DNA from: Anaeramoeba ignava BMAN
Lineage: Eukaryota > Protista > Anaeramoebae
Length of the DNA stretch: 64,000 nt
NCBI GenBank assembly: GCA_028826165.1
Contig: JAPDFW010000009.1
Span: 26,934 to 90,933 of the forward strand
Direction: 5' to 3'
Shown: piece after piece, positions 24,301 to 36,247 of the stretch
Layout of the letters: every line of letters starts with the position of its first letter
How positions within the stretch are numbered: the first letter of the stretch is position 1
Program-made: the position numbers and the translations under genes
The notes under the pieces: generated by a model
Told to the model about the DNA's origin: nothing
The model's database searches: none
Seen by the model: only the letters and a program-made list of their open reading frames with translations

Positions 24301-25149
24301 AATAATCACGAACAAAAAACAAATTTTTATGAAAAATCAAATGAAAAATTTATGATTATTCTTTTATTACATAATCTTTCAAATGAAGATTTTCATATAA
24401 AATTCCCCAAAATTTTCAATTCTCCTCATTTCTATCAAATGATCAAAAATGGTGAAAATTTTCGACAAAATCATTTCAATCGAGAAATATTTATCAATTC
24501 AGATTTGGATATAGAACAAAATAATTCAACAGATCCACAATTAATCCAATCAAAATCGAATATGTATTTTTTAGTCAACTTTCTTTTGGAAGATGAAATG
24601 AAATTTTCTGATAAATTTTCTCAAGAAGAACTTGATAATCATTACATTTCAAAATTCCATAAAAGACCAAAACTCCACAAACAAATTTGGTTCAGAAAAA
24701 TTTTCGAACTTCAATATCAAATTATCAAATTATGTCAAATTGAATGGAATTCCGTTAATTCTTTAAGAAATGGCAAAATATTTTTAGCAAACTCTTTGAA
24801 TAATCAAGTTCAAATTATGATTCCTTTTGTTAAAATTTTTTGGAAATTTCCCAAAAATTATCAATTGTTTGAATTTTTTCCTTTTGAAATTGAAATTATG
24901 AATAATTCAAATTGCTTTCTTTTATTAAATCTTGAAGTTGTTTTGTTATTTGAAAATGTTAAAAATAATTTTATTTGGACAGGATCTTTAAAAGTAAATA
25001 ATATTCAATTAGAAGAAGATCTTCCAAAATTTAAACATAAAATTTTCTTTTGTTTTTTACAAAAAGGAAGATATAATTTTCAAATTAATTTACAATCTGT
25101 ATCAAAAAGTTTAAAATTTAGATCAATTTCATTTTCTATTGAGATTTAA
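21313..25149 (+). CDS. TRAPPC9: TRAPP II subunit Trs120/TRAPPC9-like protein, divergent
   Basis: SIKILITPIDSIP...WQEFQPYKKIFGII, DYLLLGG, PNQK|FLLF...INFKRKFLFF, WVENEPQEI...ISNSYDFQI, ENIGNLPI and C-terminal FCFLQKGRY. Introns ~21471-21536 and ~22483-22622. The frame is garbled in the Asn-rich tract ~22950-23110. Confidence 0.8.
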
Positions 25150-25280
25150 AATCAATAAAAAAATGGAATTAAATTTGGAAAAAAAAAAAAAGTGGAATAA
25201 AACAAATTTTTATTTTAAATTTGCCCAAAAAAAAAAAAGAAAAGAAAAAGCAAAAAGAAAAAGCAAAAGAAAAATATTTT

Positions 25281-28200
25281 TTAATTTTCGAAATCATCAA
25301 CGGAATATTCTTTCTTTTCCGTTATTAATGGTTCTTTTTCTGCCCATAAAGAAGGTTCTAAAAAAAATTCAAATTAAAATTAAAATTTAATTTAAAATTT
25401 AAAAATTTTAATAAATTACTGTATTTAATTTTTGGAACAGGAAACAGAACAAAGATCACAACTATAATTGGTAAAAATTCACAAATCAAATAATAGAACA
25501 AAGCAATGAGAGCAAAAGTAGAATCTCCCATTTCTTGATGAAGATTTGCTTCAATCAAAGTGACAATTCTTAAAATATAACAAATCAAAGAAATTAATAA
25601 CGTAATAAAAATTTTTTTGGGAGCAGAATCTCTCATTGATGTGTGAAATTTCTGTAATTTTAAAACCCATGCGCTAAATATTGACAATCCAATTGCGCAA
25701 ATACAATACATTGATGCAAGAAAAAAATTATCTTCATCTTTGTTATTAAAAATAATTGAAAAATGAATTGCATATAAAATAACGTTTGTAATAACAAAAA
25801 ACCATAATAATCTTGCTATAACTTTATGTCTTTGTAAATGATGAAAACTTCTAACACTAATATAAACTTGTCCTCTTTTTTTTGAATTTTCAATTTTAAA
25901 TTTGATTTTAAATTTGAATTTTGAATTTAAATTTGATTTTAAATTTTGAATTTAATTTTGAATTTTGAATTTAAATTTGATTTTGATTTTGAATTTAATT
26001 TTGAATTCTACAAACAATGTAAATAAAAGTAATAAAAATGCTGATAAAAAAAAATCTGAAACTATTGCATTAAAAATATCTAAATGTCTTGAATGTGAAT
26101 CAGTAAATGATTGGAAAAAACCAAAGAAAAGAAATGCAAAAAATCTTCCAAGTGCTCCAATTGAAATTAACATAAAATATATCTATAATTAATTTTAGAT
26201 TTAATTATAAATTTAATTATAAATTTTGTTATAAATTCTGTTATAAATTTTGTTATAAATTTTGTTATAAATTTTATTATAAATTTAATTATAAATTTAA
26301 TTATAAATTTAATTATAAATTTTATTATAAATTTAATTATAAATTTAATTATAAATTTTGTTATAAATTTAATTATAAATATTGTTATAAATTTAATTAT
26401 AAATTTAATTATAAATTTTGTTATAAATTTAGTTATAAATTTAATTATAAATTTAATTATAAATTTAATTATAAATTTAATTATAAATTTAATTATAAAT
26501 TTAATTATATATTTAATTATAAATTTAATTATAAATTTAATTATAAATTCTGTTATAAATTTTGTTATAGATTTAATTATAAATTTAATTATAAATTTAA
26601 TTATAAATTTAATTATAAATTTAATTATAAATTTAATTATAAATTTTGTTTTAAATTTAATTATAAATTTAATTATAAATTTAATTATAAATTTAATTAT
26701 AAATTCTGTTATAAATTTAATTATAAATTTTGTTATAAATTCTGTTATAAATTCTGTTTTGAATTTTGTTTTAAATTCTGTTTTAAATTTTGTTATAAAT
26801 TTAATTATAAATTTAATTATAAATTTAATTATAAATTCTGTTATAAATTTTGTTTTAAATTTAATTATAAATTCTGTTTTAAATTCTGTTTTTAAATTTA
26901 ATTATAAATTTTGTTATAAATTTAATTATAAATTTAATTTTAAAATTTTGTTTTTAAATTTTGTTATAAATTCTGTTATAAATTTAATTATAAATTTTGT
27001 TATAAATTCTGTTATAAATTTTGTTATAAATTCTGTTTTGAATTCTGTGTTAAATTTTGTTATAAATTTTGTTATAAATTTTGTTATAAATTCTGTTATA
27101 AATTTAATTATAAATTTAATTATAAATTTAATTATAAATTTTGTTATAAATTTAATTATAAATTTTTTGTTATAAATTTTGTTATAAATTTTGTTTAAAT
27201 TTTGTTTTTAAATTTAATTATAAATTTTGTTATAAATTTAATTATAAATTTTGTTATAAAATTTTGTTATAAAATTTTTGTTATAAATTTTGTTTTTAAA
27301 TTTAATTATAAATTTTGTTATAAATTTAATTATAAATTTTGTTATAAATTTTGTTATAAATTTAATTATAAATTTTGTTATAAATTCTGTTATAAATTTA
27401 ATTATAAATTTAATTTTAAATTTTGTTATAAATTTAATTATAAATTTTGTTATAAATTTTTGTTATAAATTTAATTATAAATTTTGTTATAAATTTAATT
27501 ATAAATTTAATTATAAATTCTATTATAAATTTAATTATAAATTTTGTTATAAATTTTTGTTATAAATTTAATTATAAATTTAATTATAAATTTTGTTATA
27601 AATTCTGTTATAAATTTTTGTTATAAATTTTGTGTTAAATTTAATTATAAATTTAATTATAAATTTTGTTATAAATTTTGTTATAAATTTTGTTATAAAT
27701 TTTGTTATAAATTTTGTTATAAATTTTGTTATAAATTTAATTATAAATTTTGTTATAAATTCTGTTATAAATTCTGTTTTAAATTTAATTATAAATTTTG
27801 TTATAAATTTTGTTATAAATTTTGTTATAAATTTTGTTATAAATTCTGTTATAAATTTTGTTATAAATTTTGTTATAAATTTTGTTATAAATTTTGTTAT
27901 AAATTTAATTATAAATTTAATTATAAATTTAATTATAAATTTAATTATAAATTTAATTATAAATTTTGTTATAAATTTTGTTATAAATTTTGTTTTAAAT
28001 TTTGTTATAAATTTTGTTATAAATTTTGTTATAAATTTGTTATAAATTCTGTTTTAAATTCTGTTATAAATTTTGTTATAAATTTTGTTATAAATTTTGT
28101 TATAAATTTTGTTATAAATTTTGTTATAAATTTTGTTATAAATTTTGTTATAAATTCTGTTATAAATTCTGTTATAAATTTTGTTTTAAATTTAATTATA

Positions 28201-29191
28201 AATTTTGTTATAAATTTTGTTTTAAATTTTGTTATAAATTTTGTTATAGATTTAATTATAAATTTAATTATAAATTTTGTTATAAATTTAATTATAAATT
28301 TAATTATAAATTTTGTTTTAAATTTAATTATAAATTTAATTATAAATTTAATTATAAATTTTGTTATAAATTCTGTTATAAATTCTGTTATAAATTTTGT
28401 TATAAATTTTGTTATAAATTTTGTTATAAATTTTGTTTTGAATTCTGTTATAAATTTTGTTTTAAATTTAATTATAAATTTTGTTATAAATTTTGTTATA
28501 AATTTTGTTATAAATTTTGTTTTAAATTTTGTTTTAAATTTTGTTTTAAATTCTGTTATAAATTTTGTTATAAATTTTGTTATAAATTTAATTATAAATT
28601 TAATTATAAATTTAATTATAAATTTAATTATAAATTTAATTATAAATTTTGTTATAAATTTTGTTATAAATTTTGTTTTGAATTCTGTTATAAATTCTGT
28701 TATAAATTCTGTTTTAAATTTTGTTTTAAATTTTGTTTTAAATTTTGTTATAAATTTTGTTATAAATTTTGTTTTAAATTCTGTTATAAATTCTGTTATA
28801 AATTTTGTTTTGAATTCTGTTATAAATTTTGTTATAAATTTAATTATAAATTTTGTTATAAATTTAATTATAAATTTAATTATAAATTTTGTTATAAATT
28901 TTGTTATAAATTCTGTTTTAAATTCTGTTTTAAATTTTGTTTTAAATTCTGTTATAAATTTTGTTATAAATTTTGTTTTAAATTCTGTTATAAATTCTGT
29001 TATAAATTCTGTTATAAATTCTGTTTTGAATTTTGTGTTAAATTCCCTTTTCATTTTTTTTGATAAATTACTAATTGATGAATAGTTTCTCTTGCACGAA
29101 TCCAAATAAGAATGAAACGATATAAAGCAAAAACAAATAAAGTTATATAAAAAAGTAAAAGAATTAAATAAGCAACTGCAACTACATTCAT
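25281..29191 (-). CDS. THH1/TOM1/TOM3-domain (GPR137-like) multi-pass membrane protein; 4 exons, intron 1 = 26183-29071
   Basis: MNVVAVAYLILLLFY...TIHQL|IYFMLISIGALGRF...DFFLSAFLLLLFTL|GQVY...ICYILR...YYLICEFLP...KY|KPSLWAEKEPLI...FEN*. All junctions are GT-AG and in frame. Confidence 0.82.
26190..29040. repeat. ~2.85-kb intronic 12-bp satellite (TTATAAAT + TTAA/TTTG/TCTG)
   Basis: Directly visible. It produces the spurious NFVI/FITK ORFs. Confidence 0.97.
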
Positions 29192-29379
29192 AATAAAAAA
29201 AGAGAAAAAAAAAAAAAAAATAAAAAAAATGAATTTTTTAATTATTTTTTTTATTCACAAAAAATAAAAAGCAAAAAAAAATTTTTTTCCATATTTTTTT
29301 CTCATTTCAAAAAAAAAAATTTTTTTCTTAAGATTATCAAACAAAAATAATCTCCTTTTTTGTTTTATTTTTATTTTTA

Positions 29380-29924
29380 TTATTTTTTTTGATTTGTTCT
29401 TGCTCTTTTTAATTCTGAACCATCTTCTCTTTGTTGAAAAGTGGATTGTTCGGTTGTTAAATTTTTTGAAAAATGTTGTCTAACACTTAAATGAATATCT
29501 TGGTCTTCAAGATCTTTAGAATTTCTATGAAGTGCAAAATCACAAGCTTGTTGAGTAATTTTCTCAACAAATTCATCTAAAACTTCATAAAGAAACTTTT
29601 TAATTAAATAATTAAATAAAAATAAAAAGGAGAAAAAAAAAATAAAAATAAAAAAAGGAGAAAAATTAATAATTTTTTTAAATAGATTATTAATTTTTAT
29701 AATAAATTACATCTTCTACTCTTAAATCATAAGTTAATTGAGAATCAATTTGAGAAATAATATCTTTTAATTTTTTTCTTGAACTTACACCCTTTTTATT
29801 TATTTATTTTAAATTAAAAAAAAAAATTATTTTTTTTATTTTTATTTAATTAATAAATAATTTTTTAATTTACTTGAGAATTAGGTTGATTTGAAATATT
29901 TGCTCTTCTTGTTAAATCTGACAT
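29380..29924 (-). CDS. TAF12: TFIID subunit TAF12 (histone fold, 115 aa); exons 29924-29874, 29791-29711, 29595-29380
   Basis: Not in the ORF track. Spliced peptide RKKLKDIISQIDSQLTYDLRVED|FLYEVLDEFVEKITQQACDFALHRNSKDLEDQDIHL matches the TAF12 pattern (KKL..LV..VD....LD..VE..L....DDF.......AC.LA.HR.S..L...D). Confidence 0.88.
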
Positions 29925-30269
29925 TATTTTTATTTATTTAAATTTTTTTTTTAATTAATTATTTATAATAAAATAAAATAAAATAAAATAAAACAAAAAT
30001 AAAAAAAAAAAAAAAAATTTTTTTTATTTTAATTAAAAAGATCAAAAAGAAAAAAAAAAAGAAAAAAAAATTACTAAATAATTACAAAATATTAATAATT
30101 ATTTATTTTTTTTATTAATTTTTTTTATATCATTTTTATATCATTTTTAAATATTAAATTATTTATTTATTCATTTTCATTTTGAATTATTTATTTGTAA
30201 TAGATTTAAAAATAATGTTAGAAATTTATAAAAAAACAAAAAAAAAAAAGAAAAAAAAAAGAATTTGTT

Positions 30270-30389
30270 TTAAAATTTATGAATTTGTTGTTTAGTTTTT
30301 GAAATGAAATAAACTAAAGGAGCAATAATTCCAGCACATAAAATAATTAAACCAATAAAATATGAAAGAATTGTTGGAGAATCGTACAT
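30270..30389 (-). CDS. candidate 39-aa single-TM microprotein MYDSPTILSYFIGLIILCAGIIAPLVYFISKTKQQIHKF
   Basis: ATG to TAA. The stretch contains G/C within otherwise near-pure AT spacer, has a hydrophobic core and basic tail, and is preceded by tttttcatttt motifs on the same strand. Confidence 0.6.
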   Translation of the reverse strand: MYDSPTILSYFIGLIILCAGIIAPLVYFISKTKQQIHKF

Positions 30390-30487
30390 AAAAAATAATT
30401 GAAAAAAAATTGAAAAAAAATGAAAAAAAAATTAAAAAAAAATTAAAATTCAAAATTTCATTTTTTTTCTTCTTCCTTTTTTTATAA

Positions 30488-33221
30488 ATGTCAGATATTA
30501 TAATTCCTAATAAATTATCTCAATCTTCTCTTGAAAAAGAATTAAAAAAAAGAAAACTTAGTTCAAAAGGTTCAAAAAAAGAGTTAATTTCTCGATTAGA
30601 ATCAGCTTTAAAAAAAGAAAAGAAAGAAAAAAGTAAAAAAGAAAAAAATAAAAAAGTAAAAAGTAAAAGTAAAAGTAAAAGTAAAAGAAAAAATAAAAAA
30701 GATAGTAAAAATAAAAAGAAAAATAAAGAAAAATCTAAACGTAAAAAGAAAAATAAAGAAAGTAGTGAAAATGAAAGTGAAAATGAAAATGAAAATGAAA
30801 ATGAAAATGAAAGTGAAAATGAAAATGAAAATGAAAATGAAAGTGAAAATGAAAATGAAAATCAAAATGAAAATGAAAATGAAAATGAAAATGAAAATGA
30901 AAATGAAAATGAAAATGAAAAAAAAAAAATGAAAATGAAAATGAAAATGAAAATGAAAATGAAAATGAAAATAAAAATGAAAATGAAAATGAAAATGAAA
31001 ATGAAAATGAAATGAAAAAAATGAAAATGAAAATGAAAATGAAAATGAAAATGAAAATGAAAATGAAAATGAAAATGAAAATGAAAATGAAAATGAAAAT
31101 GAAAATAAAAATGACATTAAAAAACAAGAAATAGAAAATCAAAGTGAAAATAAAAATAATAATAATGATAATAATAATAATAAAGATAAAATGGAAACTG
31201 AAGATAAAAATGACGATCAAGTTGGAAGAAAACAAAAACAAAAACAAAAAACAATTGACATTGAAAAAGAAAAAGAAAAAGAAAAAGAAAAAACATATTC
31301 AGAAAAAATTGAAGTTGATTATGATGATGGAGACATTGAAACTGAAAAAAAAGAAACATATTCAAAGACAGAAAATGAAAAAATGGAAATTGATAATGAA
31401 ATAACTAAAAATTATTTACAAGAACCAAAAGTGAATGAAAACACAACAATTGTTCCACCAACTAAAACTCCAAAATCTCGTGTTCTTCTAATTAAAAATT
31501 TTGTTAGACCTTTTACTTCTTATTCTGCTAGACAACTTCTTTCTAAAACTGGAAAAATAAATGATTTTTGGATGAATAATATTAAAACACATTGTTTTGT
31601 TTTTGTAAGTTTTTTATTATATATAAAATAATATATAAAATAATATATAAAATAATATATAAAATAATATATAAAATTATATATAAAATAATATATAAAA
31701 TTATATATAAAATAATATATAAAATAATATATAAAATAATATATAAAATAATATATAAAATAATTAATAAAATTATATATATAAAATATATATAAAAATA
31801 ATATATAAAATAATTAATAAAATAATATATAAAAATAATATATAAAAAATAATATATAAATAAAAATATAAAAAAAAATAATATAATAAAAATAAAAAAA
31901 AATTATATAAAATAATTAATATAAAATAATATATAAAAAAAATAATAAAATAATAAAAATATAAAAAAATAAATATAAAATAATATATAAAAAATAATAT
32001 ATAAAATAATATATAAAATAATATATAAAAAATATATATAAAAATAATATATAAAATAATATATAAAATATAATAAAAATATAAAATAAAAATAATTAAT
32101 ATAAAATAATATAAAAAAAATAATAATAAATATATAAAAAATATATAAAAATAATATATAAAAAATAATAATAATAAAAAATAATATATAAAAATAATAT
32201 ATAAAATTATATATAAAATAATATATAAAAAATATATATAAAAAAATAATAAAAATATATAAAAAATAAATAATATAATATAAAAAATAATATATAAAAA
32301 TATATAAAAATAATATAAAAAAAAATATAAAAATAATATATAAAAAAAAATATAAATATAAAAAATAATAAAATTATATAAAAATAAAATAATATATAAA
32401 ATTATATATAAAATAATATATAAAATTATATATAAAATAAATAATAAAATTATATATAAAATAATATATAAAATAATATATAAAATAATATATAAAATAA
32501 TTAATAAAATAATATATAAAATAATATATAAAATTAGTACGAAAATATCGAAGATGCAGAAAGAACTAGAAATGCTGTTTATAATCTCCGTTGGCCACCA
32601 TCAGGAAGAAAACTTTTACCAGACTATTTCTCCGAAGAAGAAGCAGAAAAAATAGTGAAAAAATATCGAACATCACCAACAACAAAAGGATACGATGGAT
32701 TAGATATCAATGAAACAGGAAGAAGCGAAAAAACACCCAAACAAGACATCTCAAGAAGTAAAAGAAAAGTAGATGAACCAATGAATGAAAATCAAGATAA
32801 ATCAAGACTTCGCACATCAAGATATTCAAATTCAAGAAGTGAAAAAAAAGATGATGAAAAATATGAAGAAGAAAAAAAAGAAAGATTTAGAGAAAAAACA
32901 AGACATTCAGAAAGAGAAAAAAATCATGATTTTGATTATTCAAGAGACAAAGAAAGAGATAAAGAAAGAGACAAAGAAAGAGACAAATGGAGAGAAAAAG
33001 AGAGAGATTATCATGACAGATATCATCATAGTTCACGTCATTCTTCAAGACCAGAAAAAATATTCGATGATAAAGATGAAAGAAGAATTCAATTCTTAAA
33101 GAAACAAGATCAATTTTTGGAAAAATTTTTTCTTAAAACTAAAACTAAACCTCATTTATATTATCTTCCTGTTTCTCAAGAACAAAAAACTTCTAATAAT
33201 TTAACTCCTTCAAAAAAATGA
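30488..33221 (+). CDS. ACIN1: Acinus (SAP domain, acidic EN tract, RRM, RSB motif); intron 31605-32537
   Basis: SAP: LSQSSLEKELKKRKLSSKGSKKELISRL. RRM: IKNFVRPFT...FWMNNIKTHCFVF|YENIEDA.RTRNAVYNLRWP. RSB: LEKFFLKTKTKPHLYYLP. Frameshifts lie inside the (GAAAAT)n tract. Confidence 0.92.
31611..32535. repeat. (ATAAAATAATAT)n-derived A/T-only intronic array
   Basis: 12-bp period is clear at both ends and degenerate centrally. Confidence 0.92.
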
Positions 33222-33415
33222 AAATTTTATTATTTTTTTTTTAAAAAGAATTTAAAAAAAGAATAAGAAAAAGAAAAAGAAAAAGAAAAAGAAAAAGAAC
33301 TTTTAATTAACGGAAGATAAAAAGAAAGAATTTCAAAAAAAAATAATAAAAATTAAATTAAAAAAATAAATTGAAAATTTATTTTTATTCAATTTGATTT
33401 TCGGATAAAAAAAAA

Positions 33416-36138
33416 TCATTTCCGAAAAACAAATTCACTTAAAGGAGAATCATAACTTGAACTAACTTTTAAATTTTGAAAATGTTTCTTCAATTTGGGT
33501 TTTTGAGGAGTTAATTGTTTCTTTTTAGATTCAATATTGAGTTGAGAATCTGCAGAATCAAAATTTCTTTTTGCAAATAAATTAAAATGAGGATTTGATA
33601 AAATTCCATCATTTTCAAAATTCATGATTGAATTTTTGGAAACAAGATTTTGTTTGCGATGTTTATTTTGAGTTTCATCAAAAATCAACACAAGTTTTTG
33701 AACAGCAAACGATTTATTTTCTTCAACAAAAAAAGGTTCATAAAATTTAAGATGAGAAACACTTTCAACTCTTTTTTTTAATTGAAGAAATTGACCTTCT
33801 TGAGGAACAACACTGATCAATCGATACAAAGCCTCATAAAGCTTCTGGTACAAAGATGGCTCAGTAAGATGAAGTCTCTGGAAAACAAAGACAAAAGAGT
33901 CAAAGAAATGAGCGAATATTTCTAGTTCTTTTAGAAACAAAACTGTCATGTCAACTTGGGAAATGATTTGGATCAGATCACTTGCAAGTGAGTAATCTTG
34001 AGCCAAAAAGCACAAACTGAGTGTAGAGCCTGTGCAACAACACCATGCCTTGAAGATAACCTCGAATATGTCTTCTTTTATTTGTTCTTGTTCTTGATCT
34101 TTTTCGATTATCTGTTTTGACGGTGTTGTCGGTTGCCGGAAATTTTGCGAATTTTTTTGTTTTGGATCAATTAGGGACAATTTTTCGAACTTTTCTTCTT
34201 CTTCTGTTTTTTGTTGAAGAGAATGGAAATCCTTGAAGGCGCGATCAAAGTTTGAGAGGAGATGGTTGTGCTGTGATTGATCAGAATGGATGCCGATAAG
34301 AAGGTTCCGAAGATTCTCAACTTCTGGCGAAGTTAATAAAATGAAGTTAAGTGATTGAACCATAATTTGTCTGAATTTGAGCTGTTTTTCTTTCTGCAAA
34401 ACAAGAGATAACTGACGGAAAAGTTGCTCGTCATCAACTAAATGAGCGACTTTTTCGAGAATCATTACTCCTTTTGTTGTCAAAAGATCTTGTTTTTGCT
34501 GGAAAAACTCGACCAAGTTGAGGATGAAAATTTCGAATTTTTCGTGTGACAATCCTGAAAGTTCACACAGAATCGAGATGGCAAGACTGAGTATATTATC
34601 TGAGGGGTTTGAGAGATATAGTAATAAATGTGGGAAAAAATTATCGGAAAAGGACTCGAATTTTTTGGGACTTTTTTTATGGATAATAGACACCCATTCA
34701 AGACTTGTATAAAATGTCGGTTCAAATTGAAGTAAATTAATCACACTCATTTCAGACACTTTGACAATGATCTGAAAAACAGAATCGTAAATATTTCTCA
34801 CGTCAAAATATTCGCTTTTGACCAGTTTGATGAGAGCTGAATTCACATGTTTGGCTGATGTTGAAATTTTTTCATTTTCATTTGAAAGTGAGAAAATCAT
34901 TGATTTCATTAGGGAAGGTAAATGTTCGCAAGGAAAAGGAAAGATTCCTTTGTAAGCCATTGATATCAAAACTCTCATCCATTCTAATGCTGTTTCTGTT
35001 GTTTTTATGTCCATTGATTCTGAATATAATGTAGATATTTTGACTAAAGTTTTGTAATCAATATCTTGTGTTTTTTCTATTTTTTGTAATGAAAGTTCTT
35101 TAAGAACTTCTGCTAATAATTTTTCAGATGATTGTTGAACTTCTTTTCTTTGTGAAGATAAAAAGTGATAGAGTCCATCAAGAAGTTGAGATATATATGT
35201 GAGAATATCTACTTCTGGGAACTGAATTGATTGTATTAATCCAACCAACAATAAATAATTGGACATCCCTTTTAATTTTTTAAATGAATTTTAATTTTTA
35301 AATTTAATTTTAATTTTAATTTTAATTTTGATTTTAATTTTAATTTGAATTTTAATTTTGATTTTAATTTTAATTTGAATTTTAATTTTAATTTTAAATT
35401 TAATTTTAAATTTAATTTTAATTTTTAATTTTAATTTTAATTTTAATTTTAATTTTAATTTTAATTTTAATTTTAATTTTAATTTTAATTTATAAATGAA
35501 TTTTAATTATAATTTTAATTTTAATTTTAATTTTAATTTATAAATGAATTTTTAAATGAATTCAAATATCTTGTTTACTCATTTTTAACATAAATTAACT
35601 CTTTCAAAATAGAAATTAAAATTTGAACTCTAAATTTAGAATTTGAAATAGATTCAGTAACAAAATCCTTAAGAAGATTATCAAGAAATCTAACAGACTT
35701 TTTAATAATATCATTTTGGTCAGAAAAAAGGACAGAAAAACCGACAAGAATTTCTTTAATAAGACTAAAAATTTGGTCTTTTGAAACTTTTGCGATATTA
35801 TAAAAGACTTCACAAGCAGCAAATCTAACTGAAAAATCAGGATCAGAAAAACAATAAATAACATGTTTTAAAATTAAATCTTGAAAAATCAATAAAGAAT
35901 CGCCTAATCCAACTGCTATTGCTGATAAACCCATTAAACACCCTTTTCTTTGATTAATATTCGGTGAATTGAGTAATTTGTTAGTTAGAAATTGTATTAA
36001 TTTTGATGTTTTTTCATGTTGATCTTGCTTAGTAAAATCTATAACTGAAATTGTTATTTCTTTTCCTGCTTGTTTTCTTTTTTCATATGTTTTATCAAAA
36101 AGATTTCTTTGAATACTTTCACTTACAGAAAAATCCAT
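33416..36138 (-). CDS. VAC14: VAC14 (PIKfyve/Fab1 complex scaffold, HEAT repeats); intron ~35269-35578
   Basis: RNLFDKTYEKRKQAG, NQRKGCLMGLSAIAVGLG, VRFAACEVFYNIAKVSK, LDNLLKDFV, MVQSLNFILLTSPE, AWCCC.GSTLSLCFLAQDY, RLHLTEP. Confidence 0.95.
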
Positions 36139-36247
36139 TAAAAAAAAAAGAAAAAGAAAAATAAAAAATAAAAAATAAAAAAAAAGGAGAAAAATTTTTT
36201 TTTTCATTTTTTTCATTTTTTTTTATTTTTTCTTCTTCTTTTTAATA

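Noticed and set aside
26759-29105. NFVI/FITK ORFs up to 358 aa
   Set aside because: 12-mer satellite inside an intron. The period is a multiple of 3, so open frames arise by chance.
30270-30389. V-ATPase subunit e assignment for the microprotein (GIIAPL similarity)
   Set aside because: No second TM segment with the CCW/YL.W motif and no suitable downstream exon.
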